NCBI GenBank assembly: GCA_951406725.2
Contig: OX597820.1
Coordinates: forward strand, 91,512,001-91,576,000
From: Octopus vulgaris
Lineage: Eukaryota
Direction of reading: 5' to 3'
Length of the DNA: 64,000 nt
The translations under genes were made by a program, and so were the position numbers. A model generated the notes under the pieces. That model worked only from the letters and a program-made list of their open reading frames with translations, did not search any database and had not been told where the DNA came from. Each line of letters starts with the position of its first letter. Within the stretch, counting starts at the first letter, position 1. Positions 11,300-25,762 of the stretch are shown one piece after another.

Positions 11300-13039
11300 T
11301 AATTTGTTTACTAATATTGCAAAATTAATGTTGTAAACCTATGGCATATCTAAGAAATATGATGACATTTGTCGGCCCTAGGCTGTAGCAAATCTAAATT
11401 ATATTATTTCGTAAAGAAAATTTTTTAATATCATTGCAGTAAAACAGTTATTTATATGTAACTGCATAACTGAAGAAAAATATTTTTCCGATAATGATGG
11501 CTAAATTATATCCATAGAAATGGCTATAGATAATTAATTTTCATTTATAAAATAAAAAGAAAATCATACATATTTATTCATTCTCTTCATTAGTTTGATA
11601 AATGATGTCAAATATTCACCTTTCAAGATCAATGTATCAATCAGTGAGTGATTAGCCCCATTGGTGTTTTAGGAAAAATAATTGTGGTGTTAGTGAATTG
11701 AAATGATATAATGGGCTGACGAACTAGGACTGTATACTCAATTTGCTATTAAATTACTTCCACAATATGTGTTTATGAATAATTACATTTTACAGACAAC
11801 CCATCACCTACATTTTATAATGATGAAACTTCTTAAGATTAGTATTATTTTTAATATAATATAAAATAATATGAAACAATTATTATAAGGTATACTGCGT
11901 CAGATTCCGTCATGACGTTCAATTTTAAAAGTTATATATTCTATAGTTTTACTTTTTTATTTTACATCTACACTATCCTAGGCTTATATGTCAATGGATG
12001 TTTTGAGTCTACACGGTATTCTCTTTGTATACCGGACTTCCTCGGTAATATATTTATCGTCTACAGTATCCATAACTTTGAGTCGTTATCGTGTGGAAGA
12101 CAGTAAACACGTTTCGATTAATATTGTCTTAATCATCACGTTATTTTATTAGAAAATTATTGATTACTTTGGTTGAGTGTAGTGAATTTTGAATACATTC
12201 AAAAATTTCTTGTATGGGCACGATTTCTTGTTGCAATATTTTCCGTATGATACATGGGTTCTGTATACGTTTCTTTTTAAAACCATAGTTAAAGAACTTA
12301 TTTTTACAGAAATCGTGTCTGTTGTTAATCTCCACATTCCGGTCTATCTTTTATCTGATTTCATAGATGGTTAAATACGCTGTTTCTTTTAGAAATTCAT
12401 TATGCTTTAATTGCTTCTGAAACTTTGGTTAGAATGTTCTAAGACACTAGCAACTTGTAGATTTGGCTTCATCATGTGCAAGGGACTTTGAATATCCGAA
12501 TGTGTGATGACATCATTCATTTAGACTGCTTCTATCATATATTTATATCACTTCTTTTATATCAGTATTTCACGAGGCTACCAGAATGAGCAATATATGG
12601 AAACTTGAAATCTGTAATACTTGCATTTGATTATCGTCCGCTTAGACTTGGCGTTCATAGTCAGCGCACCGAATTCTTTCTCTCCAATGTCCATATATAC
12701 TCGTTACGCTAAATGTATTCTCTTTCATTACATGCCTTTTGTAGTCATTTTGCTACCAAAGGAGTTGAAGACGGTAAGCACCCATGCTTAATTTTATGGC
12801 TGCCTTGGCTGTTGGGAGAATGGGATTAAGTTGCCTTTAGATCATATACCTGGTCCAAATGCTTCTAAAGAGGGAACTCCATTTCCATTTAAAATCTTTA
12901 ACGGGACTGTGTTAAACCGGCTTATTAATCACGACTAACAACGATTCCCCGAACAGACTTCCGTAGTTTTCATCTCGTAAATTTCAATATTTGTTTGGGA
13001 GGCAGATTGTATAGTGCAGCATATTGACCAGTATCAATA

Positions 13040-13145
13040 TACATGTAAATATATACATACATACATATATATATATGTGTATGTATGTATGTATGTATGT
13101 ATGTATATATGTATATATATATAGAGATGTATGTATGTATATATG

Positions 13146-13178
<33 letters not shown>

Positions 13179-13297
13179 GATCTTGATTATAACACTGTGG
13201 AAACAAGGTTCCTTTCCAGATTTCAAATCCATATTCCTTTACTTATATAGATAGATAGATAGATAGAAAGATACATACATATATGTATATGTGTGTG

Positions 13298-13343
<46 letters not shown>

Positions 13344-13400
13344 CATATATAAATGTGTTTGTATGCTTGTGTTTGTATGCGTGTGTATGTGTTTGTATGT
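13040..13400. repeat. compound (TA)/(TATG)/(TAGA)/(AG) microsatellites
   Basis: Direct inspection. Confidence 0.9.
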
Positions 13401-14807
13401 GCGTATAAAGGAAATAAGAATTTTTCCTCAAGCAGTACTGCAATGCATGTTGTCAGTTTATATTATGTGTCAAGATGTACTTGCTAATACTCCAGTATTT
13501 CTGATGATGGTGTTGTAAAATAAGTTTGTATGTATTCATTGAGTATCGGAAATTACTAGGCTTAGAAATTAAAGCTGTACATTGCATTTTCATGGACATT
13601 TCCATTCATGTTATGGTCTACATTGAGCTAAAACTACATTTTCTGATACGAGTACACCACTTGAGAATGCTAGACACTATAATATGCATTGCCTACGTTG
13701 GTGTTACACTCGTTAAATATTCACTCTTACTGGAGGAAATTTAAATGTCTCTAATGTAACGGTACGAACACAACGAACGTAAATTAGGGAATGGCGATAC
13801 AATTTCTTTTCATTGCATAAAACAACATTATGCAGGCAGTGAGACAATAACATTCTAAAGATGTGCTAAATATGAAATATTTTCGATTATTGATAATTCA
13901 TTCATAGGTGCAATTCTGTTCTCGTTCAGATTTAACGAAATAAGACTACTTGCTAATATCTGCACGTCTATAAAATTAATAGTGATCCTTTTCAGGTTAA
14001 CACTGAACAAGATTAAACCTAACAAGATTGAGACTTTAATTAGATTTGTTTCATTCAATTCTCGAAGTTCGCATAATATTTATGTCCTTATAAGTTAAGA
14101 AGAATTATGAAACAAAAATTGAATTTGGCATGAGCGTCAAAAACTTTAAAATAGATAAAAAGTTGGAAGAAAAGACGCTCTCGAAGTAATGATTTGAAAT
14201 GATAGAATTGACATAATGGATATCAAATATTAAACTTTATCTATCAATACTATTTAATGGAACAAGAAACGCTGTCAAAATATGATTGTAATGGAATTTT
14301 CATGTGAAGAAAATAAATGTCGCATGTATGTCCGATGAGTATTGATTTGAATGTTCTAAAATGTAGATTGCTGAATATTATGTCCATGTTCATCTGAGTA
14401 CGCTAGCGTGAGAAATTGTACATATTTATATGAATAAATCAGTATTTAGTGAGAAATACATACATGCAGACATATACATTTGTGTGTGTGTGCGTGTGCC
14501 TCTCTGTGTGTGTGTATGTGTAAGGTGATCTATTAAGGATTGAGGTATAATCAAAGTGAAAGACGCCACAGTAAATGGCTAGACAGAATGACCGCATCAA
14601 ACAGTTAAGCAATCCATTATCATAGCACGAAATGCATCGCTGAAGGGAAGCTCAGTAATCCGTAACTCCAAAGATATCGAAAGCTGAATGGAACCATAAG
14701 TGTTGCAGATGAATGTGTTATCTACTACTGCTACAATTGTTTCAGTAAGAGCCTTTTTACTGTTGTGAAGGTTGCGCAGTCGGCTATACAATATTCATAA
14801 AATCCAA

Positions 14808-15020
14808 AAGCGGCGAGCTGGCAGAAACGTTAGTACTCAAGGCCAAATACTTAGCTGTATTTCGTCCGTCTTTACATTCTGAGTTCAAATTCCCCCGAGG
14901 TGGGACTTTGCCTTTCATTCTTTCGGGATCGATAAATTAAGTAACTGTTGCGTACTGGGGCCGATCTAATCAACTGGCATTTAGAATTCTGCCTTGTGCT
15001 TAGAGTAGTAAAGAATATTA
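14808..15020 (+). mobile_element. SINE family A copy
   Basis: GCGGCGAGCTGGCAGAAACGTTAG...GAGTTCAAATTCC...CTTTGCCTTTCATTCTTTCGGGATCGATAAATTAAGTA. Confidence 0.9.
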
Positions 15021-15379
15021 AAAAAATCTATAAAATTCTGTAATACATTTCACAACTCTCAATTCATTAGGCTTTTCAAATATACAAATGAGTAGTGACA
15101 TGATGATGAATCAACAGTTTATCAACAAGTGTAATTTCGAATAAGAATGACAACTTTTAAGAAATGTAAAAAGGTTGGGACTACAATCAGTCAGTGACGA
15201 AGGGTAGATAGTAGAATGAAGTTGTAAATTATAGAATAGTTAAAAGAATATCTATTCTAAAATGTCATTAACTTTGCGGCATCACTTATAGAACCTACTT
15301 CACATAGATCAGCAGAGTGCAAGAATCGAGTATGACATTTGACTTATCAAAAACCTTATTGACTATCGTTGCTGATATT

Positions 15380-15773
15380 CTTTTACTCTTTTACTTGTTT
15401 CAGTCATCTGGAGCACCGCCTTTAGTCCAGCAAATCGACCTCATGACTTATTCTTTGTAAGCCTAGTACTTAATCTATCGGTCTCTTTTTCCGAATCGCT
15501 AAGTTACGGGGACGTAAACACACCAGCATCGGTTGTCAAGTGATGTTGGGGGGACAAACACACAAACATATACACACACATACACACACACACACATATA
15601 TATATATACATATATACGACGGGCTTCTTTCAGTTTCCGTCAACCAAATCCACTCACAAGGCTTTGGCCGGCCCGAGGCTATGGTAGAAGACACTTGCCC
15701 AAGTTGCCACACAGTGGGACTGAACCCGGAACCATGTGGTTGGTAAGCAAGCTACTTACCACACAGCCACTCC
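15380..15773 (-). mobile_element. tRNA-derived SINE family B (octopus OR-like) with internal (CA)n(TA)n
   Basis: Minus strand GGAGTGGCTGTGTGGTAAG...GGTTCAGTCCC...CTTGGGCAAGTGTCTTC; 3' end TGACTGAAACAAGTAAAAGAG. Matches the copies at 39735 and 57050. Confidence 0.92.
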
Positions 15774-16139
15774 TGACATTGTTCGCAAAACAAATTATTT
15801 ACAGTGTTGCTTGTTCAGTACGCCAAAGTAAGGAAATATTTGATAGATTCCAGTAATATTTCTTTATTTACTTAATTCCGCATTATTTCATGCCCCGATT
15901 AATTATTGCAAACTTGATAGAATAATATCATTACTTGCAGTAGGTAGAGTAATCAGGAAAAATAACATGAGAAAAATAAAACGCCGAGAACGGGGAAGGT
16001 CATTGCGAAATTTCAGAGGAGAGGCCGGGTAAGAGAAGGATACGAAATAAGAAGATACCGAAGATAACTGACACGTAGAGATAGCCATAACACTGTGCCA
16101 AAAATCATAAACTACAACCAGTTACATACAAACAGAATA

Positions 16140-16610
16140 AGATCAATCTTATTGAGAATGTGGACAACAGAGTGGACGGAAAAACGCCACTGGCATACAC
16201 AAACAAATGAATGTGTATACTAGAATATTAAAAGTAGTTTATGCAATAGTTTTGGTCAAGATAATTCAAATAAATTTTAGTTAAATATCCAAAATTTAGA
16301 GAGATCAGTTAAATAGTGGTTATGAAGTTACAAGTTGAAAGGTTAAAATTAAGAGAAAAGTTTGAACAAAACCGAGATCCTCAATAGAAACTGAAAAGCC
16401 ACGAATCCCAATGTTCCTGTTAAACAAATAAATTAAAATCATATAGGTTAAATTATTGGATCAGATCATTACAATAATAGTTAAAAAGTATGGTAAGTAT
16501 CAAGAAAATATTAAGAGAATTTATGAGAACTCTATTAACACTGCTCAAAAATGTATAAAAGAAATTATTGTCGTAAAGAATCATAAAGAATTAGAATGGC
16601 CATAATAAGG
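16140..16610 (+). mobile_element. possible highly decayed N-terminal part of an RLE (Dong/R4-like) LINE ORF
   Basis: A-rich frame IETEKPRIPM...LLDQII...IYENSINTAQKCIKEII...W loosely resembles the pre-RT region of R4/Dong proteins; many stops. Confidence 0.3.
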
Positions 16611-19600
16611 AATGTTGAAGCAAATATCATGACGATACTGTATTAGTTCTGAACTACACTGAATACAACTATTAAATTACGTTAGAATATCAAAATATTC
16701 GGTATTTGTCGTTAGAACTAAGAGTATGCCAAAAACCTTAAATATGATCACTTAGTATTAAAATATTAAAATATGCTAAGCTACCTAAACAAAATCTATG
16801 ACTCTTATTACTTGTAATTAAGATCTATATGGTAGTGATAGAGATTCTTATCTTGTACTGGGATAAGACTTTATATAATCGGTTTACAGTATAATAAAGT
16901 TCTTTGAATAGAATGTGGATATTTGATCCTTAAGTCATCAACTGTATTAATGACATCACCTTGCATCTCAAGATTTTCAACAATTCCAAACAGGAAAGAT
17001 TGCATTCATATTTGTGACTAACATAAGGCTTAACGTGTCTAGCAATGTTCCACGTTAGAGAAAAAATCAGAATCGATATTTTTGTTTTAAATCTTCGCAG
17101 AGTGCTATGATGGTTTTTCGCTGTGTCGCTTTATGTGGAGATGATTATATCATCTTGATTTAAAAATGGTAAATGTGGAACCTACGTAAGTGAAAGGATG
17201 TAGATTACATTTATATACAATGTAACCAGGCATTTGTTTACTAGCATGCATGCAAACTTTTTCTTAGAGTTACGTAATCCGCTTAATATGGAGATTAGAA
17301 TACTGTTGGTTACATAATTCCCATTTATATGCGGTACACAATTATGCTCGGCTGAGTTGTTATGTGCGCCAGCCACTTCATTGATAGTAACATTGCTATA
17401 ACTCATACTCCTGTTATTATAAATACCCCTCGGTCTTCCAAAATGATTACATTCGTTGTTATTATTACTAGTTTCATAGGTGTTGTTATTTTTGGTTTGG
17501 ACGCAAGTTTTTATATTAGTATACATTGTACTCTAATGCATTGCTTTATTTATGTAAGATCCGATGTCTGATTAATGAGAATCTACATCAACACGAGTAA
17601 AGTACTGATATTTCATTGTCGTCAACATCTAGCTTTTATTCATGAAAGAGTAATTAATATCGAAAAAGCTGCTCGCATTTAACACGGACCATCTTACCGG
17701 TTCCGTATTCCAGTGCAAGATGTTAAATTATACAATTATGAAATATTTATCAATATTTCACCGTAATCACATTGGGAATCCTGCTCTGTTATTCTGATTA
17801 TCATTTAATAAATTATCATTATAAAGTGGGCAATATTGCAAATAGCTTTAGTTGAATCTGAAGTCGTTTTTTCTAAAAAAATTTCCTTGATCTTATAATT
17901 GTTTGTGATGTGTTGTGATGTGACTTTGTTGTAAGGTCAAAAGTTCTTTTACATATATTTTGTTTTATGCTATTGTTTCGTTGCTCCTCACACTTAGGAA
18001 GCTAATGTTATCAGTTAGCCCGTTTTTGTCTAATATAATATTAGGGTGTTCGGTGAAGCTGGATCGGTCTGAGGATATATAAAATATTTTCGCTATCTGA
18101 GCAACTTGGACAAAAAATTCTCAAAGAAACGGATATTTTTCCGACTCGGATTTTTGCATTGGATTAAACTAAAAATATCATGCATCGGCACAGCGTGAAA
18201 AGTCACTGTCGTTTATTTATATTAACAAATGTAGCACTTAAAAAAGATCAATAAAACTGCTAGGTACTTAATGTGCCGCATTCATTAAATCGGATCATTA
18301 AATTTGGACTAATATAAATGTAGAGTAGAGAATGCCGATTCATATATGTTACATTATATTATAAGCGTGTATTTTCTCTATCACCGATATATTAATTTTA
18401 ATATGGAAACAATTTAATTAAACAAAGAATTGCTGATATTTATGATAATTGCAAAAATTATAATGTTTAAAACGTCTATATTTGGTAAAGGCTTATATTT
18501 GATTGGTGGGAGAGCAGGAACTCAGTTTATATACTGTTTATTGTGTATGTGTGTATACACACGTTTATTAGCTAAGCAAGTGTATGATATTTACGTTTGA
18601 ATAGATCTAATAGAATGTCCGTGTTGAATGGCCATAATGTATAAGATAGTTGCCATCCATGTGCCTCTTAAATGTTATGAAGAACAAGTGTAGTCAAGCG
18701 TAGCGATGTTAGTAATGTGCATTGAACTCATAACATGGGCCACCTTTTGTACGCTTGTCTGATTGATTGCTTTATCGCACATTGCAATTCTCTGAATATC
18801 TCGTTATTGACAAGATTGCTTTATTGCAGTAGTATTGCAGACACTTTAAGTACATCGATTCTCGTCTTGAAACAGACGCTATTAAGATATTGTAATAAGT
18901 TAAAGACTAGGTTCACAATAAGCCAACTCTAGTAGTTTTATTATTTTACATTTGATTTGATATACATGTAGTACTGAAAATAGTAAAATGGAGAGTAATT
19001 AACAATGCACCATCTTCCATTTCTTAAATACATTTTTATCGTGTGAGCATAGCTCAGACATCTAAACCATATCAAGGAAGCAAAAGACTTAACCGTGTTA
19101 TTGTTTATAGTAGATTTACTTTTCGGATCTATTAAACAATGGAAATCCCTTAAAGATTTAGTGTTAGTTGGTTACTTAATAATATCTTAATATCGTATTT
19201 GAGGAAAATGTTAATATTTTATTAAATTTTGCTTATTTTTCCTTTGCAAAAACCTAAATAAAAAATATGCACAAACAAATAGTTAATGAGGATACATCAA
19301 ATTAAATTTGTCCTTGCTCTCTCCCATTTAAAAAAGAAAATGCTCTTGATATATGAAGAAAGTTATAATAATGAAATTCCCTGTAATATCCTCACACGAC
19401 CTGGCTTATCTATACTACAGCTAAGTTTGCTTTCAAAAGAAACATCGCAATCCTAAATGCATCCTTGAAGGTAAAGTATACAAGAAATTTATGATATCCA
19501 ACTATTATGGTAAAATATACAAACTAAAAAATAAATGATTTATCACTCAGTATTGATATATTATTAAGCCATAGTAACTTAAAATATAGGTAAACGCATA

Positions 19601-20394
19601 TTCTTAGATATTCAAAGCAGTGTATTGCAAATATATTCAAATAACCTATCACATATGTGTATAAACGACAGTTTCGAACATTAAATTTAAAAACATATTC
19701 TCATATTCAGAACAAAATAATCACCGAAGTTTTAAGATGATCAACAAAAGGACATCAACATTGGGCTTTTGATTTCCTTTATAAAGAATTGAATAAATCC
19801 TAAAATTTTGAACGAACCGAAACTTTTTGCAATATCTGTGACATTCATAATATTGCACTTAATTTTAATCAACATATATCAGCAGAATAATTATTCTCAT
19901 AACTAATTAAGATAGTGTGTATACTCACCAATTTAAAGTAGCAGGAATGTGCACATATTTGTGTATATATATATTGTATGGATCTATGTGCATATATATA
20001 CGCATAAAACGTACATACGAAGAGACACACATACATAACACACATAGGCATATTTGTATGCATGTATGTATGTATATATGTATATATATATACATATATG
20101 TGTATATATATATACATATATGTGTGTGTGTGTGTGTGTGGGTGTGTGCGTGAGCGTGTGTATGCATGAATGCAGGTAGGTATCTATGTATGTAAGTATG
20201 TAAAATTACCGAGAGATAATTAATTTGAGCAATTGAAGACTTGATAAATCGAAGATCGCCTGATACAATAAATAAAAAGAACCATACAGTTATTAATAAA
20301 AGCGTAATTATCCTGCTAATGACTTCTTCACTTCTCCAAGTTTTCCTTCATGATGATTGGCATGAAAATGATGATGTTTACGATGATGAAAATT

Positions 20395-20505
20395 ATTATC
20401 ATTATTATCATTATTTTTATTATTATTATTAATAATAATAATAGTAATAATAATAGTAATAATAATAATAATAATAATAAGAAGAAGAAGAAGGAGGAGG
20501 AGGGG
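20395..20505. repeat. (ATT)n/(AAT)n/(GAA)n/(GGA)n compound microsatellite
   Basis: Direct inspection. Confidence 0.9.
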
Positions 20506-21369
20506 GATGGATCTTTGAGCTAATGGAAATCTATATCTTATCACCAGTGCTGATGGGATTTATGAAATATATCATGCATAAATAGAGAACAAATATGGTA
20601 TTAAACTCCAATGAAGGTGTACAGTAAAATGATTACGATGACTTTTCAATGCCGTTCACTTACGCTATTTTTCTTCTGTCTCGTTCTTACACCATTAAAT
20701 ATATGGTGTAGCTACAAGATCGAAAGGAGTATGACTGGCAAATTTCATATCACTACAAAGGAAGCTGTTTACTTACAGTCGTATCTGAACCTATATTCCT
20801 ATATTTCTTTCGTAAATCAAACAGACAAAAACTTCGGGTATTAACAATGTTTCTCAGATAATGAATCGATAGAAAATATTTTTTATTGTGTTACTAAAAT
20901 GTTATCAACATATTTGTGTAGATGAAGTCATTCATTGAAAATACTAAGTATAATTAAATGTGGAAAACGTTTGTGATTACATTTGAAGCTATATCCATGC
21001 ATACGTATCTACTTCGCATGCCTACATACGCGCGCATATACATATATAATGAAACAGATCCCCAACGCTAAGTATCCAGTGGTTAGAACAATTAAATTAG
21101 CATTGATTATGTGGTTAATGATTTTAACTATAATATGAGCCAAGGTTGGGCAGCTTAAGTACTCCTCAGATATATGTGATGATATTCTGCACAGTTTACA
21201 TGCACTCAAAATCTCACCCAATATTTGTATCAACCAGCATGTAAATAACTCTGGCGCAAGATGCTACTCCGTAGAACAAAATCTGCCCTGTGTTTCAGGA
21301 GCGAAATTCTTAATTTTCTGGCCATAAGCGCGTATACTTACATCCATACATGCATTCATACATGCATAC

Positions 21370-21775
21370 AGAAAACATTGAAAGTAATGGGTTCGATAAA
21401 TATTGGTGGAACTTAAACTTGAAACACCCTCCAAGTTAAAGCACAACACAGCAGATATTGTTTGGGATCACAAAGAAAACAATAGGCTCTATTGTTGAAA
21501 TCAGCTGCCCATGGGGTTAGAAAAATACACAAGAAAGAAGACATCTATGGACCATTGATAAAGAGTTTGCAAATTCAGTACCAACGATAAACTTGCCGTT
21601 TCATGCTTGCTATTATTATAGTAATAGGATACACATACCAAATTCTGTGGAGCAAAGTATGGCTGAAATTGTGAGCTTGGGGAAAGAACAAAAACCGTTT
21701 ATTCATACGCTAAAAATGGTCATGATATCGGCGACTATAAAAATCTGCAAGGCCTTCTTAGGATTTAAAGAATGA
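21370..21775 (+). mobile_element. decayed 3' end of an RLE non-LTR retrotransposon (R4/Dong-like endonuclease domain)
   Basis: With frameshifts: DKYWWNLN..TPSKLKHNTADIVWD...IVEISCP...KKEDIYGPLIKSLQI...ISATIKICKAFLGFKE*. This matches the PD-(D/E)xK REL layout (HNRPD...VEISCP...KY/IY). Confidence 0.8.
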
Positions 21776-23239
21776 TGGTTAAAACAAGATGCTTTCCCTC
21801 ACAACCATGTTACCAATATGTGGCTATTCAAAATTTTCCCTAAAGTAAGCCGAGCAAGAGATCATACACACACACTCACACACAGACACACACACAAACA
21901 CAAAAATATATATCTTATGTGAAACAGAAGCAGTATTACATTAACACAGCCACATGCGCGTCATACCTAATGCAAATACATCACAAAAAACCAATTGGAT
22001 TGCGGTATTTGTCTGGTGCTAATATCTCTTATAGTCGTATTGAACTTACTAACATACATATATCAGTTTCAGATAAAAGAAAATGTCTAGCAGGGGTGGT
22101 GGCAATACTAGATACTCATTTCTGCCTTTTTGGTATTTAACTATCTATATATATTTATACACACACTACAAATTATATGTCGGTTATGTCCGTATTCCAT
22201 GTGGGAATTATTTAAGTATATATATTTCTGTTACGCGATTTATTCCATATTCTGCGATATTAGATACTAAATTGGAAAATATTCCTTCTTTCTTTTTGCT
22301 GTTAAGATATTCGCGATTCTGTCAGTCCCGCAACATTGATGTCAGCGGTTTATTGTTTTTCGCAAGTTATATATACATATTAAATGGATTTCAAATATAA
22401 CTTTGTCCTACACCCTTCTCTTCGGCCATATAACTTCTTCAGTCTTCTGATTCATTATTATCACACGGTATTTTGAAGCATGTAAGAAAACTGTATATCT
22501 ATTCGAGAAGCATTATATTATCGTATTAGATAATTCTATTAGAGATCCTCGTTCAATTTAAATTACGGAAATGTATAATTAATGTGCGGTTTACTATGCA
22601 TTTGTGAAAAGCTCAAGTTCAATTATTTTTAATTAGCTACTTAAGTTACTACTATATTTTGCAGTCAAATTAATGTGAGTTGATTAACTGGTGTAACTGG
22701 AAATATCATGTACATATCTACTCCTATTATTATAAGCTAACGGGAGACATCGTTTAGATTTTTAAGAATTACAACGTTGTGTTAATAATTTACATAATGA
22801 AGACATTAATTACCGCCTACGTATTTCCTTTTTGCTCTGACATCATCGATCATTTCTATGCTTGATAGTACTTGCATACGGATTTTATTTTTGCATCACC
22901 TGTCCTTACAGGTCTGCAAACTGTGTGCAGTGCAGCTACATATTCTGATTTGTGAGTAATTTGTGAGGTTTTTTATGAACAAATACATCATGGTCGGTCA
23001 GCCGATCCTATACATACAACACAGAGACGAACATTTTAGCATGAGAGATGACACGAGAGAGATTGAGAGAGAGAATTTTTATTGCGAGATCTTGCTTTAA
23101 ATAACAATGCTGTTCTCTCTTATATTACATGACTTCCATATATTTCAAGAGCTAGGTCATAAAAAATATGTTGGATACAACATACTGTTTTCTAAAAAAT
23201 TCCACGTCTTCAGACTTTTAAAAATTCAGATAAGTTGGT

Positions 23240-23420
23240 TTTGTTGTAGTTGAGGTTTAAGACAGCTCTCATTGAGAATACCCATAAATAAGCATTTTCC
23301 AACCGTGATCATCCATTATTTATATGTCTGATTTTATTCTATGATGGTAATTTGTGATTTGAATGAGGCTCGGTTGTTATGTCTTGTACATCGAATCACC
23401 ACAGGAGAGCTTCTTTGTTG
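23240..23420 (+). repeat. old dispersed repeat (related copies at about 32335-32495 and 32660-32712)
   Basis: Shared degenerate GATTTG...TATT(T/C)C...GGCTC...GTT block among these loci. Confidence 0.4.
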
Positions 23421-25696
23421 ATATGTTTACTAATTAGTTCAACAATTATGAGGTAAAGGAAATTTAAAATTCCTTATGCTGTAGAATAATACAAAGTGTT
23501 AATTCCAGAACTAGACAAGTAGATTCAACGCCATTGTTGATCATTGTTTTAATTACTATTTTAATTCCAGTTATCAAAGTATGTGAGGCATATTTCATTA
23601 AAAATAAAAATCGACAGTAAAAATGAAATATTTTGAGCTATCCAAACAAAGTGGTTATTATACTTATGATGAGGAGAAAAGCAACAACAGAAGTAGAGTT
23701 TCGACAGCAAGATTATATAATACCATTTCTTGAACTGTAACATGAAACAGTCAAAACAATCATCTGAAAAATAGTCACATCTCTATCAAATAATCTCAAA
23801 ATATTTGCAGCAATGGAAAAGAAGGGAAAAAATGGAAAAATGAACTTATAACGATATATAGCTGGTTATTTCTGGTGATATGAGGTATCGTGTTCTGAAG
23901 GATCTTACATCGAATATTAATTAAATCGCATTTAAAGTATTAATGAATCTTATATAGTGTATTAATTATATTTGATAATAAAGAGAAATCTATTCTGAAC
24001 CATTTCATGATATAGTTTACAGGTTGTTGATAGCTCTGGCTAAATACGCTCTCTAAATTGCCAGACGGTTTCTGTATATTTGAAATGTATGTCATGATTC
24101 ATAAGCACAAAGGCATCGCTTTACATTATTAATTCAGGTAAATAATTTGAGTGGTCATAATTGTTACGACTTTTTGTATAAATAATAAATAAGATATACC
24201 CCAAAAGTATACAATAACCGCAACTGCGCTATCCGAATTCCGACCCGAACAGCATTAATTATTTTCTAAACACAGCTACTTTCAGTTAATATCACCGTGT
24301 ATTACATTTTATATTTGCCTTCTTATATAACTTTAAAAATAAATATATCAGTTGCTGTTCAATTCTCATTTCATTACTATGGAACCCAAAATTCCTTTTC
24401 TAATGAAATTAAATATATTTACGTGTAATGAATGTATCAAAGTATTTTATTACCTTTTTACTAAACAATAACCATTCCTTATTTTTTTAAATTTTCATCG
24501 AGAATCTAAATGATTTTACCTCTCGTATTTAATCTCATAAAATCCTATATAGCTCATATCAATCTTCAATAACTCCTCTTTTAATAACTTTAAAATGAAT
24601 ATATATAGAAGAAAATATTTCACTTTAACAACGGACTTATTAATTTCAATTTATATTAGATATTTTAAAACGAATACATGGATAGGTTCTTCACTGTGTC
24701 TAAGTTATACGATCGGCATGTATATTTGTTAATATGTTACATTCACGTATAATTCGAGAGACAATTACTATCAAATATAGGCATGCATTATATACACACG
24801 TCTAAATGCATACATACATGTACACATGCGCACTAATCATGCACAGAAATACAGAGCTACACACACACACATATAGCTCTCAGGTATGTTCCAGGTTACA
24901 GCTGACTATATCGATTAGTTGTTAACTTTTATGGGTCCTAGGAGTTGTTACTTACGCTGTAAACTCGAGGCAAGACGTTTGAAAGACCCTGAACGAAGCT
25001 GCACATAAATTATGGCCTGTTACATATGCAACTGCCCTTTCTCTGTGCAGTGGAAATACGTGTAGGTCGTCGTAACCCCAAAATACGTTATATGGTATTG
25101 TGAAGTAAAAGGAAATAAATATTGAGGATATGCCAGTCTCCATACACTCTATCATTATAATTATTGCTTATATATATATATATGTAAATGTCGAATCTCA
25201 AGGATATATGCTCAACACAGCATTGATAGATATTGTGTATTAAGGCAACCATCGTTTACATATTAAGAAAAAATATCTTAACATCTCAACAATTTCTCAA
25301 ACCGCTCACATGAAGGAATTGTGTTTGCTTCCATTTTGGATGAAGACACAAATTCACGTCAATCTGCACAATGCTTCCTAAAGAAAACAATAAATCAGGG
25401 GCTGGCACATTTTCTCTGGTTTTCCACCTTGGTTTTGACTTTTGGGAAAACAGTCATGCTGAATGGTAAATTTGTTTGCATGATATTATATTATATCCTG
25501 AGTATATGTGATATTCGTATGTTTGTATGCTGAGGTTGTTCGTCATGGGTGGTGAATGTTTCTTCTATGTGTGGAGTTCTTGTGTTCTATATATTCAATT
25601 TTCACGTTCAGGGAAAGAGCGGGTAGCAGTGTGGGTGGTGGTTACTCTTTGATTTGTCTAAGTGTAAACTATTGCTTGTGTGTGTATGTTTGTATG

Positions 25697-25698
<2 letters not shown>

Positions 25699-25758
<60 letters not shown>

Positions 25759-25762
25759 GAGA
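25699..25762. repeat. (CA)n(TA)n(GA)n microsatellite
   Basis: Direct inspection. Confidence 0.95.

Noticed and set aside
11990-12700. Protein-like minus-strand frames (e.g. IVPIQEIFECIQNSLH)
   Set aside because: No ordered set of motifs identifies a family; multiple stops.
15533-15856. Similar ORFs at 15533, 39907 and 56975-57284 resembling a gene family
   Set aside because: They are antisense translations of SINE family B.
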